Shown here: positions 20,867 through 31,676 of the stretch, piece by piece | Position numbering within the stretch: position 1 is the stretch's first letter | How the letters are laid out: each line of letters begins with the position of its first letter | Virus record (IMG/VR): IMGVR_UViG_2974597873_000001 | Span: 48,524 to 112,523 of that record | Source: a virus | Taxonomy: Duplodnaviria > Caudoviricetes | DNA length: 64,000 nucleotides | Reading direction: 5' to 3' (one strand) | Notes under the pieces: generated by a model | Database searches by the model: none | What the model was told of the DNA's origin: nothing | The model's input: the letters and a program-made list of their open reading frames with translations, nothing else | Made by a program: the position numbers and the translations under genes

Positions 20867-21643
20867 CTAACTAGGGCTTGGGGTTGGACCAGGACTTGGG
20901 CTAGGTGTGGTCGTTGTTGTAGTGGTAGATGTGTCAGACGTAGCAGACCCGTAAGTCTCAGTCATCAGAATGAAGTTGACACCGATGGCGCAACGACTAG
21001 GAACCATCTGCTGACTGAAATGCGTATACGTAATAGACAAGCCACCCACATAACCGAAGTAGGACAACGAACCAGGGGAGCCGTATCCGAAGTATAGATT
21101 CATCGGATTAGCAAACATGGGACCCTGCACAATAAGGTTCTGCTCTCGTCCCCCGCGTACACCTGGTACTACCTGAGGACGGTTGATACCCGTGATGTTG
21201 TAAAACGCATTAGTATCCACTTGTACGCCGTAGGTACCCACGTCAGTTCCCTGATATTTGCTGTCCCACAATTCATAGGTACGATCGAACAGCAAGGAGA
21301 AGCTGATCGTGGTAGCCAGACCGGTCTGGTAATCCCCCGTGTCTCCCACATTTCTCTTGTCAGGCGGAAGCGTAGGGTTATTGATATCCAGCGATCTGGA
21401 TTCGCTAATGGTGGACGGGTTGTACAGGAAGTTAACTTTGTACTGAACTCCGTCCATAAGGTCCTTAGCGACCATAGCGCCTCGGTAAAGTGTTGAGTCC
21501 TTAGTCCCCCCGTATCCTTGCGTAACCTGCTTGAAAGGAATGTTAAGGATACGGGGATCGAACTTAGGATTCTCAACTGCGGTATATCCAGGCTGCCCCT
21601 TAAGTGGGGCATATTCTTGACCCGCAATTGGAATTTTTGGCAT
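20867..21643 (-). CDS. tail tube initiator-like protein
   Basis: F.YNP..I, F.L.FD, Y..F...MVP.R; follows tape measure. Confidence 0.7.
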   Translation of the reverse strand: MPKIPIAGQEYAPLKGQPGYTAVENPKFDPRILNIPFKQVTQGYGGTKDSTLYRGAMVAKDLMDGVQYKVNFLYNPSTISESRSLDINNPTLPPDKRNVGDTGDYQTGLATTISFSLLFDRTYELWDSKYQGTDVGTYGVQVDTNAFYNITGINRPQVVPGVRGGREQNLIVQGPMFANPMNLYFGYGSPGSLSYFGYVGGLSITYTHFSQQMVPSRCAIGVNFILMTETYGSATSDTSTTTTTTTPSPSPGPTPSPS

Positions 21644-24600
21644 TTACTTACCCCTCTGTAGTGCTTTGATTCTGTTGTCTTCCGTAATGGCGTCAACGAT
21701 CATCTTACCAGTCATAAGTGCTTCCTGCTGAGTCATCATTCCCATAGGGCTGACAACAATCGCACCGGACTCGAATACGATTCCGCCTGTTCCCGTTGTG
21801 CTTGTTCCAGTGGTAAGAGTGTTCGTGATCGCCTCTCTCACACTTTCCGCCTGACGTGCTGGAAGAATCATTTCTCCCTTGTGTACACGAGCCGTGGTGT
21901 CGTTCTCCAGGTTCCAAGCACCCTGGTCATACCAGTGAGGATTCTGGCTGTTCCAGAAGCTCCACGCCTTTTCAGGAGTCTTGTACTTGCCCGCAATGTA
22001 CTTCAGACCCCAACGGATCTGAGCCTCAGGACTGTTACGCCATTCAGACGTATTGGTCTCCGCGTGCAAGTTAGACATAGCCTGCGGAATTCCATAAGCA
22101 TCTGAATTCGGATTATCGGCGTGGTGATTCCAGTTGGACTCCTTTGTCCATAGCTGGTAAAGCGCATCCCACTGATTACCCGTCCATCCGTAAAGCTCTT
22201 GAGCCAACTTCTTACCTAGAGCAGCATTACCCGTTGGGTTAGAAGGTGCTGACCCAGCAGACGGACTACCAACCTTGTTGTCGTCAATCTTGGCGGAGCT
22301 TTTCTTCTGCGCGGACAAAGGCATACCACCCGCAGCTACACCACCACCAAGAGCACCCATGATTGCTGCAAGCTCAGAGGTTCCGCTGTACGCACCACCA
22401 GCGCCGATGTTTCCACCAACAGTGCTTGCCTGGTTATTCAAAGTCTCGGGATCTTCAGTCTTGTCATTCGACAGACTTCCCATATCTCCTACAGATCCCA
22501 GAACACGTCGAGCATTCGTAAGCTCACCATTGGTGTAAGAACGAATACGAACATTCAATCCTGTACGAGGAGCCTCAAGAAGCTTTCCACCGCCAAGAGC
22601 CACAGCAACGTGGTGGGCTGGACGTCCCCAGAATAGAAGGTCACCAGGCTGTACGTTCTCCAAAGGAACTTCCTGTCCTACGTTCTGCTGGTCCTGGCTA
22701 ACACGAGGAAGCTTTACTCCTGCCTGACCGAATGCCCATTGCATAAGACCGGAACAGTCCCAACCATCGGGTCCTACTCCACCCCATACATAAGGCTCAC
22801 CAAGCTGTTCCTGTGCGAAACCAATAACCTGTGCCGCTGTTGCTCCACCACCGGAACCTGGAGCCTGACCAGGATTACTCTTTACCTTCTTACCGCCAAC
22901 AACATCAAAGTCAGCACCTCCGCCGATACCGTCAACAGAAGTACTTCTTCTGAATTCAGTTTTCTTTTCAGCAGTAGTGGTTTTATAAATGTTGTATCCG
23001 GCACCAATGACTCCTCCGACTACAGCACCAATGGCTGTACCCACACCGGGAATGATGGAACCGATACCGGCACCGACAGCAGCTCCAGAACCTACGTCAC
23101 CAAGAACGTCTACAACGGCTTGTCCTGTACTTCCCGGAGACATCTTGCTCTCGATGTAATTGCTTCCGGCGTTAACAGCCACACCACCAAGAGCACCCGC
23201 ACCTACGGCACCAGCACCTCTAGCGAGCGTAGCCATTCTTCCGGCTCCGGCAGCAGCACCAGGCGCGGCACCGATGAACCCCAAACCGCCTCCAAGGCCG
23301 CCTCCGCCTCCCATCATACGGCTAGCCATCATCATGCCACCCATGGCTCCAAAGCCTCCTGAGAAGCCACCTAGGGCTCCTGAGATAGCACTACCCCAAC
23401 CAGCTCCGGTACCGATCAGCTTGTCCAGTCCGGTTTCTTTTAGGAAGGACGTAAGGGCTGCGGAGAAATCATTAACTACATCCGTAGCATTCTCAAATGC
23501 AGGGGCAAGGCTTTCCAGAATCATTTCCTGGCGCGACAAACGAGTAGAGTTCAAATCTCTCTGACGCTCAAACATGGAAGCACCCATACCAGTGGTTCTC
23601 TTTAGAGTAGCTAGAGCCTTTTCCTTATCAGCCCCAGATCCCGTAGCTGCTGTCTGGGTAAGACGATCGAATTCCTGTGAAGAGATACCAGCATTCAATG
23701 CAGTGTTACGACCACGAATGAAGTTCTCGTATGTCTGACGGGTAGATTCACTCAGACCCATTTGGTTACTGAAGTAACGAAGGTTTACAGCCAGAGACCC
23801 ACCCTGACGAAGAGCAGCATCAAGCTCTTTCTGGCTGACCTGAGTACGGCCACGGAAGGTACGAGCCACCATGCTGGTAGCCACAGCGCTCATGGAATTC
23901 TGCTGTCCTCCGCTGAGGATAGGAGAAGCTAGACCAAGAGCGTTAGCCATCATGACGGAACGAGGAGCGTAGGTCTCCTGCGCCGCTGTCATAGCTCCTG
24001 CGAATCCCGCAGTGGGACTGGCGTAAGCAAATCCAGCAGCCTGACGAGTACCTTGTGTGAATGCGCTATTAGCACGTCCGCCGAACTGAGCATTACCAAA
24101 GGTATACATGGCAGTGAAACCACCACGTGCCGCGTCTTCAGCACCCAAGGCGATGTTGTTATTAACGAAAGTCGTACGCATGGCTGCGTTGTTTGTGGCC
24201 TGGTAACCACCGGGACCTAGGCCACCAGCCATACCGGCGAAGTTACCGTAAAGGTCCATCTGCATATTGGTGGACATATTACGGTTACCGTAATTGATCA
24301 TTCCACGTGCAGCGCCTGCTACAGCCATTCCGCCTAGGGCAAAGGCACCCATGGTAGGTGACACAGGAACTCCAGGGCCTCCACCATTACCACGACGTCC
24401 ACCCATAGGCAATGGCGTGGAGAATCCTCCATTACCACCGTTGCCCGTACGTGTTTGAGAGCTTGTCTGGCTGAACTGCGCACCAAAAGCATTACGAATC
24501 ATCCCACCCATAGTGGTGGGGAAGTTACTGTTTAGATTCCAATTGGAATTGGAAGCACGCCCAGATGTTCTATTGGAAGAAGTTGCCAATGACTGAAACG

Positions 24601-24721
24601 CTCGTGCCGCAGATGCGACAGAGCGTGCCAAGTTACTAACTTGCGTCTCCAACGAATCAACCGCTCGCTGCGCACCATTGGTGCCCAACAAGCGGCTGCT
24701 TCCGATAATGTTCTCAGCCAC
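21644..24721 (-). CDS. tape measure protein with NlpC/P60 peptidase and lytic transglycosylase domains
   Basis: Gly/Ala-rich; PYVWGG..PDGWDCSGL...HHVA; KESNWN..A.NP.S.AYGIPQA. Confidence 0.9.
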   Translation of the reverse strand: MAENIIGSSRLLGTNGAQRAVDSLETQVSNLARSVASAARAFQSLATSSNRTSGRASNSNWNLNSNFPTTMGGMIRNAFGAQFSQTSSQTRTGNGGNGGFSTPLPMGGRRGNGGGPGVPVSPTMGAFALGGMAVAGAARGMINYGNRNMSTNMQMDLYGNFAGMAGGLGPGGYQATNNAAMRTTFVNNNIALGAEDAARGGFTAMYTFGNAQFGGRANSAFTQGTRQAAGFAYASPTAGFAGAMTAAQETYAPRSVMMANALGLASPILSGGQQNSMSAVATSMVARTFRGRTQVSQKELDAALRQGGSLAVNLRYFSNQMGLSESTRQTYENFIRGRNTALNAGISSQEFDRLTQTAATGSGADKEKALATLKRTTGMGASMFERQRDLNSTRLSRQEMILESLAPAFENATDVVNDFSAALTSFLKETGLDKLIGTGAGWGSAISGALGGFSGGFGAMGGMMMASRMMGGGGGLGGGLGFIGAAPGAAAGAGRMATLARGAGAVGAGALGGVAVNAGSNYIESKMSPGSTGQAVVDVLGDVGSGAAVGAGIGSIIPGVGTAIGAVVGGVIGAGYNIYKTTTAEKKTEFRRSTSVDGIGGGADFDVVGGKKVKSNPGQAPGSGGGATAAQVIGFAQEQLGEPYVWGGVGPDGWDCSGLMQWAFGQAGVKLPRVSQDQQNVGQEVPLENVQPGDLLFWGRPAHHVAVALGGGKLLEAPRTGLNVRIRSYTNGELTNARRVLGSVGDMGSLSNDKTEDPETLNNQASTVGGNIGAGGAYSGTSELAAIMGALGGGVAAGGMPLSAQKKSSAKIDDNKVGSPSAGSAPSNPTGNAALGKKLAQELYGWTGNQWDALYQLWTKESNWNHHADNPNSDAYGIPQAMSNLHAETNTSEWRNSPEAQIRWGLKYIAGKYKTPEKAWSFWNSQNPHWYDQGAWNLENDTTARVHKGEMILPARQAESVREAITNTLTTGTSTTGTGGIVFESGAIVVSPMGMMTQQEALMTGKMIVDAITEDNRIKALQRGK

Positions 24722-24758
24722 TGTGTTCTCCTAGTCTAATGTCTTATTCCATTTTACA

Positions 24759-24941
24759 TCAACGGAAGGTAACACCCTGACCAATAGAGCCCACGCGGAC
24801 CTGAGGGGAATTGTTTTGTCTATGTCGTCTCTGCAATTCTTGTTCAAGCTTATAGAGGTATCTGTCCAGCCAATGCTGACGCTCTCGGTAAGTCAATTTC
24901 TTGATTTCCGCTAGAGACCAACCAGGATATCCATCAACCAA
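24759..24941 (-). CDS. tail assembly chaperone C-terminal extension (gpT-like), probably reached by +1 frameshift
   Basis: YPGWSL.EI..L..RER..W motif; no convincing start or RBS. Confidence 0.65.
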   Translation of the reverse strand: MVDGYPGWSLAEIKKLTYRERQHWLDRYLYKLEQELQRRHRQNNSPQVRVGSIGQGVTFR

Positions 24942-24972
24942 TTGCTCGTATTCAGAATAGAGATTCTTGTAA

Positions 24973-25842
24973 TTAGAGTTCGCGAAACAGGATGCCCACG
25001 TTCAGTGGGACAGGAACCTCACCCTCGCACGCGTGACACGCGGCGGTTACCTGATCATAACGAGGACCAGGCTGGTTCTCATAGATGTAATCCTGAAGGG
25101 TTCTGCGATCTGCGATACCAAGACCCTTTACATCGCGCAATCCTCTGCTCGGTACGAAGGAACCATCAGCTTCCACGAATCCCAGAACACATTCTGCAAG
25201 AGTAATGCTGTTCATTTCCGGCACAGACATTTGCTTCTTGAAGATCTCGTTCTGAACTTCCCCGGTAGGGAATTGAATTCTAGCAAAGCGTCCCTTACGA
25301 AGAGGCACGTCAAATTCACGAACAGCAGGATCGTCCAATTCCTTTACAGGAATGTTCGACAGATCCAGCTTAAGGTCATTCGCCTCACCACAAGAAGGAC
25401 AAGGAATTTCGAATACCTCGAATTCCGAACCAAAGGTGGCTCTACGAATTCCTAGAAGAAGGGCGTCCAGGTCTCCTTGAATAAGGGAGGACAGCACCTT
25501 AGGTGTGATCTTGTCTTCACCGATACGAACAACACCAGAAGCCAATAGGGTGTTAACAAACTTGGCCGGGTTTCCATTAGCACGAGACTTGGCCAAAGCC
25601 TCTTCATGCTCACCTGTCAGCTCTTGTACCTCTGCCTCGCGGACGACCCCGCCCGGAGTCACCAGTCCAGCGGGAAGCTGAACAAAGGTGTCCGGGACGG
25701 GGCCGATCTCAGGAGCAGGAGCAAGAGAGCTGAGAACCTTTTGTGTGATGTCGTTAAGGGCCTGCGGATTATCAATCGCGCTGGATACCTTTCCGCCGTC
25801 ATCGTCAAAAGTCATTGTGTACTGTGGTAGTTCTACGTCCAC
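24973..25842 (-). CDS. tail assembly chaperone / baseplate hub assembly protein
   Basis: ELTG..EE, GD.D.LL..IR..TFG, two CxxC; between tube and tape measure genes. Confidence 0.75.
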   Translation of the reverse strand: MDVELPQYTMTFDDDGGKVSSAIDNPQALNDITQKVLSSLAPAPEIGPVPDTFVQLPAGLVTPGGVVREAEVQELTGEHEEALAKSRANGNPAKFVNTLLASGVVRIGEDKITPKVLSSLIQGDLDALLLGIRRATFGSEFEVFEIPCPSCGEANDLKLDLSNIPVKELDDPAVREFDVPLRKGRFARIQFPTGEVQNEIFKKQMSVPEMNSITLAECVLGFVEADGSFVPSRGLRDVKGLGIADRRTLQDYIYENQPGPRYDQVTAACHACEGEVPVPLNVGILFREL

Positions 25843-25890
25843 GATTAATTCTCCAGATCATTGCCGCTGATATGTATTGCCAGTATACCC

Positions 25891-26466
25891 TTAGAAGGAC
25901 ACTCCACTCATTCCGATTGTCGGAGCGAGCTTGTAATCGAATCCCTCGTGGGCAAGGGTGACCTGCTGCATAAGAACCGCGTTGGCCCCAGCGTCCAGGT
26001 CAGAGAATGCAATGGCTGTTGGCCATGCGTTGTACACGCGATAGATAGCCTTTACAGGCACACGTGAACTTGTCACAGGGTGATCCAACACCATGATGTC
26101 AACCGTTGCGCGGAAGTCCTTACCAGGAGTACCTGAACCCGTTCCCTGCATAACAGTGAAGAGTTGCTTCATCCACTGCCACAAAGGACCCTTACCCACA
26201 GCAACACCCTGAGATAGGGTGATAGGGGAAAAATCGGACTGTCCGGGCATCTTCTGCGTAGTGGTATTCATGCCACCCTCACGATAAGGAATAACCTCAG
26301 TCGTGATATTCAATCCGGAAACAGTCATGAATCCCAGAGTTGCGAACCCCGAAAGGTTCGGGTGCATGATGTTGACATTGAATTTGAAATTACGTAGAGG
26401 GTCCGTAGCCAAGTGCGCAATAGACGGAGTTGCTGTTGCGATTGGCGCTGCGTTAGTTGTAGCCAT
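25891..26466 (-). CDS. tail tube protein (T4 gp19-like)
   Basis: DPLRNFKF.V, YREGG, ITL..G, NAWP, L.HEG. Confidence 0.93.
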   Translation of the reverse strand: MATTNAAPIATATPSIAHLATDPLRNFKFNVNIMHPNLSGFATLGFMTVSGLNITTEVIPYREGGMNTTTQKMPGQSDFSPITLSQGVAVGKGPLWQWMKQLFTVMQGTGSGTPGKDFRATVDIMVLDHPVTSSRVPVKAIYRVYNAWPTAIAFSDLDAGANAVLMQQVTLAHEGFDYKLAPTIGMSGVSF

Positions 26467-26478
26467 ATCTTATCTTCC

Positions 26479-28422
26479 TTATACCGTAGTTGTTGCGCTG
26501 GAGCTAGACATCTGGTTAATGTCGATAACAACAAACTCAGCAGGGCTGTTAAGAGCTAGGCCGACCTTTACGTGAACCTCACCAGCCGCAATAGTTGTCG
26601 GCGTGTTGTTGGTCTCGTCACACTGCACGAAGAAAGCTTCCTCAGCAGTGGTACCGGACAGCATTCCATCCTGCCAAATACCCTGTAGGTACTGGCTGAC
26701 AACCGCACTTAGGCGAGACCATAGTGTTGGGTTGTTGTCCTCGAACACTGCGAAGATGGTGTTCTCCTTTAGTGCCTGACGAATGTTCATGAGCGTACGC
26801 TGAATAGGAACGTAGCGATTAGGCATGTTCTGTAGCAGAGTACGAGATCCCATGATGCAAATTCCGTAACCAGGAACGTTACGAATAACGTTGATCTGGT
26901 TGGTGTTCAACTGATCCAGGTTGGTGTTCTGGAACTGAAGCTCAGCCCCGACAACTCTCTGAAGAGGAATGTCCACACCAGCCGGAGCCTTCTGTACTCC
27001 AGAGTTGGCGTCAGTCTGGCTCATACGTCCGAGAATAGCGCCACCAGGCGGAAGCAAACGCGTCGCACCCTGAATAGAAGACAGAGGATCTGTGACTTGA
27101 AGCCACGGTGCGTAGATAGCTGCGGTAGCAGTTGCCTCTACGCGGTCGTTACCCACAACCATTGCAAGGTACTGAGATACCGTTGCAGGCTCAGAAGGAG
27201 TAGAACCGTCAGCACCGATAACCGCTGGGGGAGTATCGATAACCACGAACACGTTGTCACGGGTGTTAACCCAGGACAGAACGTTGTTAAGAACATCCGT
27301 GTCGTAAACGCCTGGAAGGTTCATGTCCAAGTTGGACTCGATGGTGTTTGTACGCTGCGCCGCCACAACAAGATCCGGCGTAGCCAGACCATCAGTTCCA
27401 CCGGTTAGCGCGGTTGGGTCCTGAGTCTGAGGAGTCTTGTTAATTGTCCACGTGGTGTAAACACCAAGGTTCTGGACCTTGATGAACTTAGACCCGAGCT
27501 GTGAAGAGTTAATCATGGAGATCGCATAGCGGTTATCCAATTGATCCATGGACATGTCCACGAAGCGCTCTACGATATTCGCGTCAGCAGTTCCGTCCTT
27601 GCGAACAGTCAAATTGAATCGACCTTCACCGGTTACGGAATCCGTGATGTCAACGTAAAGGTTGTTACCCCACACACCTACAGAGTTAGCGGTGATCTTC
27701 AGAATAGGGTTTGGAGTACCCGTGGTGTTGAATTCTGGAAGGTCACCAAGAGGGGTGTAGCTACCGTCATCGGTAAAGGTGGCTGTAGCCTGTCCTGCTA
27801 CCTCGGTAAGCATTAGGGAATCCTCAAGAATTCCACCGTAGGTTCCGCCACCGTAAGTACCCTCACCGTATCCGTCAGGAAGGTGACGACGGTAAATACG
27901 GTAACCCGTGGCACCTACAACAGGAGTCCATGTAAGAACGATAGCGTCAGTAGGAGTCAGAGTTGCCTCAGCTACTACGACGATCTCAGGGCTTCCCGTG
28001 GTCTCACCAAGTGCATTGACAGCAGTGATGATGTAACCGTACTCAGAGGTTGCCCCCGTCACGGGCCCTGAAGGGGCTCCTGCGAAGTTGGTAGGAGGCA
28101 GGATAGCTCCTGACCCAAGGTCACGGTCATTGAGCGTGTCAGTGGCAGCTACGGCGTCTGAGGCAGTCGCACGAACTACGTAACACTGGTTTCCACGGTT
28201 GGCGAAATACTGCCATACCGCGAAAGGAAGATAGTTACGGCTATTACCGAAACCACCATATAGCTTTGTGAATTCTGTCCAACTTGTTACTAGAGTTGGA
28301 TCAGTTGGTCCCTCAGTGTGCACACCAACAAACGCCGCTGTAGATTGACCAGGAGACGCAGCTCCAGGGGTCAACGGTGTTAGAGACGTATTGATGTAAA
28401 CACCCGGTCTCTGATAGGTCAT
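26479..28422 (-). CDS. tail sheath protein
   Basis: RPGVYI, PP.G...G, KAPAG, F.VFE.N, PAEFV. Confidence 0.95.
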   Translation of the reverse strand: MTYQRPGVYINTSLTPLTPGAASPGQSTAAFVGVHTEGPTDPTLVTSWTEFTKLYGGFGNSRNYLPFAVWQYFANRGNQCYVVRATASDAVAATDTLNDRDLGSGAILPPTNFAGAPSGPVTGATSEYGYIITAVNALGETTGSPEIVVVAEATLTPTDAIVLTWTPVVGATGYRIYRRHLPDGYGEGTYGGGTYGGILEDSLMLTEVAGQATATFTDDGSYTPLGDLPEFNTTGTPNPILKITANSVGVWGNNLYVDITDSVTGEGRFNLTVRKDGTADANIVERFVDMSMDQLDNRYAISMINSSQLGSKFIKVQNLGVYTTWTINKTPQTQDPTALTGGTDGLATPDLVVAAQRTNTIESNLDMNLPGVYDTDVLNNVLSWVNTRDNVFVVIDTPPAVIGADGSTPSEPATVSQYLAMVVGNDRVEATATAAIYAPWLQVTDPLSSIQGATRLLPPGGAILGRMSQTDANSGVQKAPAGVDIPLQRVVGAELQFQNTNLDQLNTNQINVIRNVPGYGICIMGSRTLLQNMPNRYVPIQRTLMNIRQALKENTIFAVFEDNNPTLWSRLSAVVSQYLQGIWQDGMLSGTTAEEAFFVQCDETNNTPTTIAAGEVHVKVGLALNSPAEFVVIDINQMSSSSATTTV

Positions 28423-28465
28423 TGATTATCTCCTAGCTGAATTTTATGTCGTGAGCTGCCTTGGG

Positions 28466-29104
28466 CTAATCGAATTCATAACCCGGATCAGGAATCTGGT
28501 CAACATCATAGAAGATGTCGTTGACTACAGTCTCCACCTTGTTGTAAGCCTCGATCTGCTGTGGCAGTAGCTCTGTGGATACTCGTACGGCGTAAGCCGC
28601 ATGGAACAGACGCTTACCGTCACCATCACGAGTATCCAGTTCCGTTGGACCAGCTTCAAGGTCAAGACGTCTAACTGTTCCGTCCTCAGGAATTTCCAGA
28701 TATCCAAAGCGGGCAGGAAGATAATCCGGTCCTGCCAGGATTGCACGTAGGTACGTAGCGTGTCTATTTGTGCGTGCCAAGACTTCGATCTGATAATCAA
28801 TATTATACGGGATTGGAGTCTGAGACCAGTAAGGGGATTCCGTTACGTCGGTGTAATTGTCCCAACGCTTAAAGCCTTCTGGCGCATAAGGCAATTGAAC
28901 CCATCCACGCGATTCTCTTTCCTCTGCTTTGTTAATGCCTTTACTAGTAATGACAATAGCAGGGAATGTCAAATCATTGAGTTCAATATCGTTGTTGAGC
29001 CACAACACAGATACAGGTCTACCCGTGTCCGGCGCATTCATGTCGTCCACCACCAAGTCCTGGAGCTTCTTCTCCATCGCCTGATCTTCATTGAATAGAA
29101 ACAT
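28466..29104 (-). CDS. tail completion / sheath terminator
   Basis: position; FPAI, P.PY.IDYQI motifs. Confidence 0.6.
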   Translation of the reverse strand: MFLFNEDQAMEKKLQDLVVDDMNAPDTGRPVSVLWLNNDIELNDLTFPAIVITSKGINKAEERESRGWVQLPYAPEGFKRWDNYTDVTESPYWSQTPIPYNIDYQIEVLARTNRHATYLRAILAGPDYLPARFGYLEIPEDGTVRRLDLEAGPTELDTRDGDGKRLFHAAYAVRVSTELLPQQIEAYNKVETVVNDIFYDVDQIPDPGYEFD

Positions 29105-29112
29105 CAGACTCC

Positions 29113-29847
29113 TTACAGTGGGATAGGTTCGACAATTAGTTGACCTAGTGTGACACCAGTAGTGCCATCAGTAGCACCCAATACAGAGAAGTAGTACTGA
29201 GGAGTAATGGTAACGACTGTGTTTGGTGTCATTCCGGAAAGAACGTAAACACGAGATCCGTACAAACGGTTATTGATAATGCTAATACCGTTAGGATCTC
29301 CACCAGCAAAAGTAATTCCACCGGATGCTCTCCACTGCACCCATCCTGTAGCGCCTGCTCCTTGGGTGTTGCGCATAGCAGCACCAATGGAAATTTTGGC
29401 TCTACCTGACGGAGGAACAGTGAAAGTAATAGGCGCCCACATTCCCGAAGGGAAATCCGTAACGACTCCTGCCACGAGACTTCCAATGGATGTGGAAGAG
29501 GTCTGAGTGGTGACCTGCGGCGTCAAGTAGTTAGGAGGCTGCCAGGACGTGCCGTTGTAACGGAACAGATTAGAACCGTTATCCCAATACTGACCCGGAG
29601 TAGGATCGGTAGGAGGAGAACCACTTACCGTAATAACTCCCGGTACGTTAGAAGCGGCGGACAAAGCACTGTTCGCTGTGCTCTGCGCGTTCGACGCTTG
29701 TACCTGTACGGCATTTACTTGGGCCTGTAGCGCGACAAAATCAGTCGTGTTGGCCTTTCCTTGGATAGCAGAGTCCAAGCCCAGGAGAGCGTTATTCAGA
29801 GGCTCGCCCCATAGGAGCTGACCAATTGCAGGAACAATAACAGCCAT
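29113..29847 (-). CDS. virion fibre-like protein
   Basis: N-terminal W..PLN.AL motif, coiled coil, P.PG..W...YNG..W. Confidence 0.6.
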   Translation of the reverse strand: MAVIVPAIGQLLWGEPLNNALLGLDSAIQGKANTTDFVALQAQVNAVQVQASNAQSTANSALSAASNVPGVITVSGSPPTDPTPGQYWDNGSNLFRYNGTSWQPPNYLTPQVTTQTSSTSIGSLVAGVVTDFPSGMWAPITFTVPPSGRAKISIGAAMRNTQGAGATGWVQWRASGGITFAGGDPNGISIINNRLYGSRVYVLSGMTPNTVVTITPQYYFSVLGATDGTTGVTLGQLIVEPIPL

Positions 29848-29857
29848 GCTCTTCTCC

Positions 29858-31012
29858 TTACGCTGGCTCTACGATCATCCACGCAACGGTGGATGTATCA
29901 GTACCGGATGATGATGTGATAGCGAATGATGTACCCGCTGTGCGAGCACTGACTCTCAAGAACCCTGCGGTTCCTCCAAGAGTCTGGTTGGTCAGGAAGA
30001 TACGGCTATTCGCAGTAACCGCTGTAGTGCTTACCGTAACAGTTCCCGCCACAAGAACAGCGGTACCCATCTTGGCATTGGAACCTTCCTTTACACGAAG
30101 ACCCTTACCCGCCACGTTGATGAGAAGATCATCGTCAGTAGCTAGCTGATCAGCAGCCGCACGGTAAAGGTTGGTGTCGGTAGCTCCTGTACCGGAACCC
30201 CATTCAGTCTTTCCGTCACCTTGTACGCGCTTACGGTCAAAGGTGTCACCACCTACGCGAGAAGCGAAAGTAGTAGAAGCGGCTCCCACTCCGTTAGCAG
30301 TAATGGAACCATTCTGTACAGTGTTACCAGTACGGGAAACATTTCCAGTCTGTGTAAGGTTTCCTGCACTGATGATCAGACCGCCATTTGTTACGGTCAG
30401 ATCTCCTGTGGAAATTGTCAAAGCTCCTGACAGAATTCCACCAATAAGGGCCAGGAAGGTGACGTCTGCGTAAGCTCTGTCTCCGTGAGGATCAGTAGCA
30501 GCTACGTGAGTAGGCACAGCGTCTCCAGCGGCCACTTGCGCATTGGATGTACCAACATCACGAGTAGCAGAATTCCCCAGCCCAAGATTTACTCGGGACG
30601 TTGTAGCGTTTGCCAGATCAGAAAGGTTGGCAGATTTTTGAGCCGCGCCAACAATTCTAGAATCATTACCCGCTGCCACAGTCCCACCAGTCGTCCCGAC
30701 GTTGAGAACTGCTGCGCCACCCAGACCCAAGTTCGTTCTAGCTGTAGTGGTGTTAGCCAAATCAGACAAGTTAGAAGCGATCTTCAAGTACAGGGTGGCA
30801 GCATTCGCGCGATCCCCGTGAGGATCAACGGCTACTGTGTGAGCAGCTACAGCAGAACTAGCGGCATTGATTACGTCGTAGTAAGTATCCGCTTGTGGTT
30901 TGGTGAGTGCAATGGCAGATACGGCATTGATCATGCTCTCCAATTCGAGCAAGGCTGTGTTCAGTGGCCCGTCCCAATTCACGGCACCGGTCACTGGTAG
31001 CACAATGGCCAT
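29858..31012 (-). CDS. virion fibre protein
   Basis: NLSDL....AR.NLGLG repeats, H....DPHGDR repeats. Confidence 0.75.
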   Translation of the reverse strand: MAIVLPVTGAVNWDGPLNTALLELESMINAVSAIALTKPQADTYYDVINAASSAVAAHTVAVDPHGDRANAATLYLKIASNLSDLANTTTARTNLGLGGAAVLNVGTTGGTVAAGNDSRIVGAAQKSANLSDLANATTSRVNLGLGNSATRDVGTSNAQVAAGDAVPTHVAATDPHGDRAYADVTFLALIGGILSGALTISTGDLTVTNGGLIISAGNLTQTGNVSRTGNTVQNGSITANGVGAASTTFASRVGGDTFDRKRVQGDGKTEWGSGTGATDTNLYRAAADQLATDDDLLINVAGKGLRVKEGSNAKMGTAVLVAGTVTVSTTAVTANSRIFLTNQTLGGTAGFLRVSARTAGTSFAITSSSGTDTSTVAWMIVEPA

Positions 31013-31055
31013 GTCTTACCTCATTCCTTAAAGGGTTGTCACTCCCAGTATATCT

Positions 31056-31676
31056 TTATTCAGGCTCAGGCCCATTAAGGCGCGGAATTACCTGACTCAA
31101 TTGCTTATTGCGTGCTTGCAAATTCACCTTAGACGGCTTGTAGTCCAGCGGATAAGCACTAGGGACATTGCCGTATTCAGCAAACTGTACGTCGTTAACC
31201 ATGTCCTCGGGCTTTAGCTGTACACCATCAAAGGTGACGATGATGTCACGGCGCTGGATCTGCCCAAGAATCTGGGCGTTATACACACGGAAAACCTTGT
31301 TGTCGTAAACAATACGATCCTTCAAGTATCCCTGAGTATTCAAATCCAACGCCGTGAGTCCAGTTCTTTTCAATTGGTCGAAAGAAGCTGTCACGTGGAT
31401 TCTGTCGTGGTAAGTGAAACCTTCAGGGGCTTCCTCCACAGCACCTTCTGTGTGAAGCACGTGAAGAGCTGGGATATTGATGGGTCCGAAGAACACACGG
31501 CCATTCGGACCCGTCGCCTCACCATAGACAGGATCTACATTGGACTGGTCATACGCGAAACGATAGTAGTAAGCGTAGTCTCCGACTTCTCTCTGCCAGC
31601 CACGAAGACCTCTGTAAATCTCGTTGGTCTCGTAATCGACATGAAAGCGACCGCCGTTCCAATCCAGTCTTGACAT
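31056..31676 (-). CDS. neck / head-closure protein
   Basis: position; DPVY.E, DRIVY....F.V. Confidence 0.6.
   Translation of the reverse strand: MSRLDWNGGRFHVDYETNEIYRGLRGWQREVGDYAYYYRFAYDQSNVDPVYGEATGPNGRVFFGPINIPALHVLHTEGAVEEAPEGFTYHDRIHVTASFDQLKRTGLTALDLNTQGYLKDRIVYDNKVFRVYNAQILGQIQRRDIIVTFDGVQLKPEDMVNDVQFAEYGNVPSAYPLDYKPSKVNLQARNKQLSQVIPRLNGPEPE

Noticed and set aside
11375-28422. Bacterial extracellular contractile injection system rather than phage
   Set aside because: Linked capsid, scaffold, portal and terminase show this is a phage tail.
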